Positions 4,875 to 5,740 of a stretch of 5,740 bases of DNA are shown in pieces. Below the pieces are notes generated by a model. That model was not told the origin of the DNA. It saw only the letters and a program-made list of their open reading frames with translations, and did not search any database. The position numbers and the translations under genes were made by a program. The DNA comes from Promethearchaeota archaeon (GTDB lineage Archaea; Asgardarchaeota; Thorarchaeia; Thorarchaeales; Thorarchaeaceae). Positions within the stretch are counted from its first letter, which is position 1; every line of letters begins with the position of its first letter. The stretch lies in contig JALVPN010000063.1 in the NCBI GenBank assembly GCA_027031765.1, forward strand, positions 1 through 5,740, written 5' to 3'.

Positions 4875-5740
4875 GTTTCAACCCTAGTTCTAGTCTGATT
4901 GCAACGGGTCTGTCAGGTCAATGTAACCGACCCTCTGGCCAGTTTCAACCCTAGTTCTAGTCTGATTGCAACGTCGTTCATGAGCTCAAGCCTTAACTTC
5001 ACCCGTCACGGGTTTCAACCCTAGTTCTAGTCTGATTGCAACGATTCAGGGGGACTTTGAAGGCCTGCTCCGGAAACTGTTTCAACCCTAGTTCTAGTCT
5101 GATTGCAACGGGCCGGATGGGTGATGTAGAGTTCACTTTTTACCTTCGTTTCAACCCTAGTTCTAGTCTGATTGCAACAGGAACAATGATAACGATAGTG
5201 GTGGATCGACTACTGTGTTTCAACCCTAGTTCTAGTCTGATTGCAACAAGAGGAGGGAGTTACAGCTACGGAATCTGGCACCGTTCGTTTCAACCCTAGT
5301 TCTAGTCTGATTGCAACTGGTCGCCTAGCCAGCCACCACCGACCGCCGGGGGGAGTTTCAACCCTAGTTCTAGTCTGATTGCAACAGGCTACTATGTAGT
5401 AGCCTACAGGGCCGACACCGGTGTTTCAACCCTAGTTCTAGTCTGATTGCAACCTGAACATTGTCACGGTGGACGGCAACGTCTGTCTCGGCTTCAACCC
5501 TAGTTCTAGTCTGATTGCAACACTGAACCAGTTAAGCTGCTCGGGTTTAACCCGACTACGTTTCAACCCTAGTTCTAGTCTGATTGCAACTGACACGGGT
5601 CCCGTTGGGGGAGTCCGTGACGAGGAGGGTGTTTCAACCCTAGTTCTAGTCTGATTGCAACCCACGGGTGGAACGCGATATTCCGTGAGGAAATACTGTT
5701 TCAACCCTAGTTCTAGTCTGATTGCAACCCACGGGTGGAA
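4875..5740 (-). CRISPR. CRISPR array: 13 repeats of 31 bp, 12 complete spacers (36-40 bp) plus a partial 13th; continues past the window edge
   Basis: Plus-strand repeat GTTTCAACCCTAGTTCTAGTCTGATTGCAAC starts at 4875, 4942, 5012, 5079, 5148, 5217, 5287, 5355, 5423, 5491 (variant GCTTC...), 5560, 5631 and 5698. Spacer lengths are 36,39,36,38,38,39,37,37,37,38,40,36. The reverse complement GTTGCAATCAGACTAGAACTAGGGTTGAAAC ends in the usual ..TTGAAAC handle and resembles weakly structured archaeal repeats linked to type I-A/I-B/III systems, so minus-strand transcription is inferred. The array is certain; the orientation is about 0.75. Confidence 0.98.

Noticed and set aside
5396-5405. Similarity of spacer 8 (GTAGTAGCCT) to the 19-bp repeat (GTAGTACGCCT) as self-targeting
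   Set aside because: Only about 10 nt with a gap; far too short for targeting and compatible with chance.
4906-5697. Strand bias of spacers (plus strand = coding sense, implying type III antisense crRNAs)
   Set aside because: Only spacer 2 has stops in all three minus frames; the others checked (4, 5, 6) have open frames on both strands. It cannot be decided without protospacers.
5036-5704. ORFs across the array (5036..5299+, 5438..5704-, 5469..5654+)
   Set aside because: They are translations of repeats and spacers (recurring FNPSSSLIAT), not genes.
1-5740. Core cas genes, transposase/IS ends, integrase, tRNA or rRNA
   Set aside because: No cas1/2/3/4/6/10 or RAMP motifs, DDE/tyrosine recombinase signatures, terminal inverted repeats or cloverleaf-like sequence were recognised by eye.

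Overview
GC-rich, very probably archaeal window at the edge of a CRISPR locus. Left to right: (1) the 3' part of an MFS transporter (+, runs off the left edge); (2) a convergent minus-strand two-gene unit made of a clean Csa3-like CARF-wHTH regulator (2488-3201) overlapping a 559-570 aa multidomain protein (792-2504) that appears to have an N-terminal helical domain plus two tandem Lrp/AsnC-like wHTH + ferredoxin-like modules; (3) a ~310 bp divergent promoter region; (4) a plus-strand Csx1/TM1812-like CARF protein (3511-4398) with a degenerate DxTHG motif and no visible HEPN nuclease domain; (5) a ~475 bp non-coding region with 19-bp tandem repeats around a palindromic CGTAGTACG core, three hairpins and a T-tract; (6) a CRISPR array of 13 x 31-bp repeats with 12 complete spacers of 36-40 bp, cut by the right edge and probably transcribed from the minus strand. 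No core cas genes (cas1/2/3/6/10, Cascade/Csm/Cmr) are in the window. The best candidate for an undescribed system is a cyclic-oligoadenylate (cOA)-linked regulatory circuit: CARF-wHTH sensor, coupled double-Lrp protein and divergently transcribed effector-less CARF. All family calls are from motif recognition by eye, not database searches.
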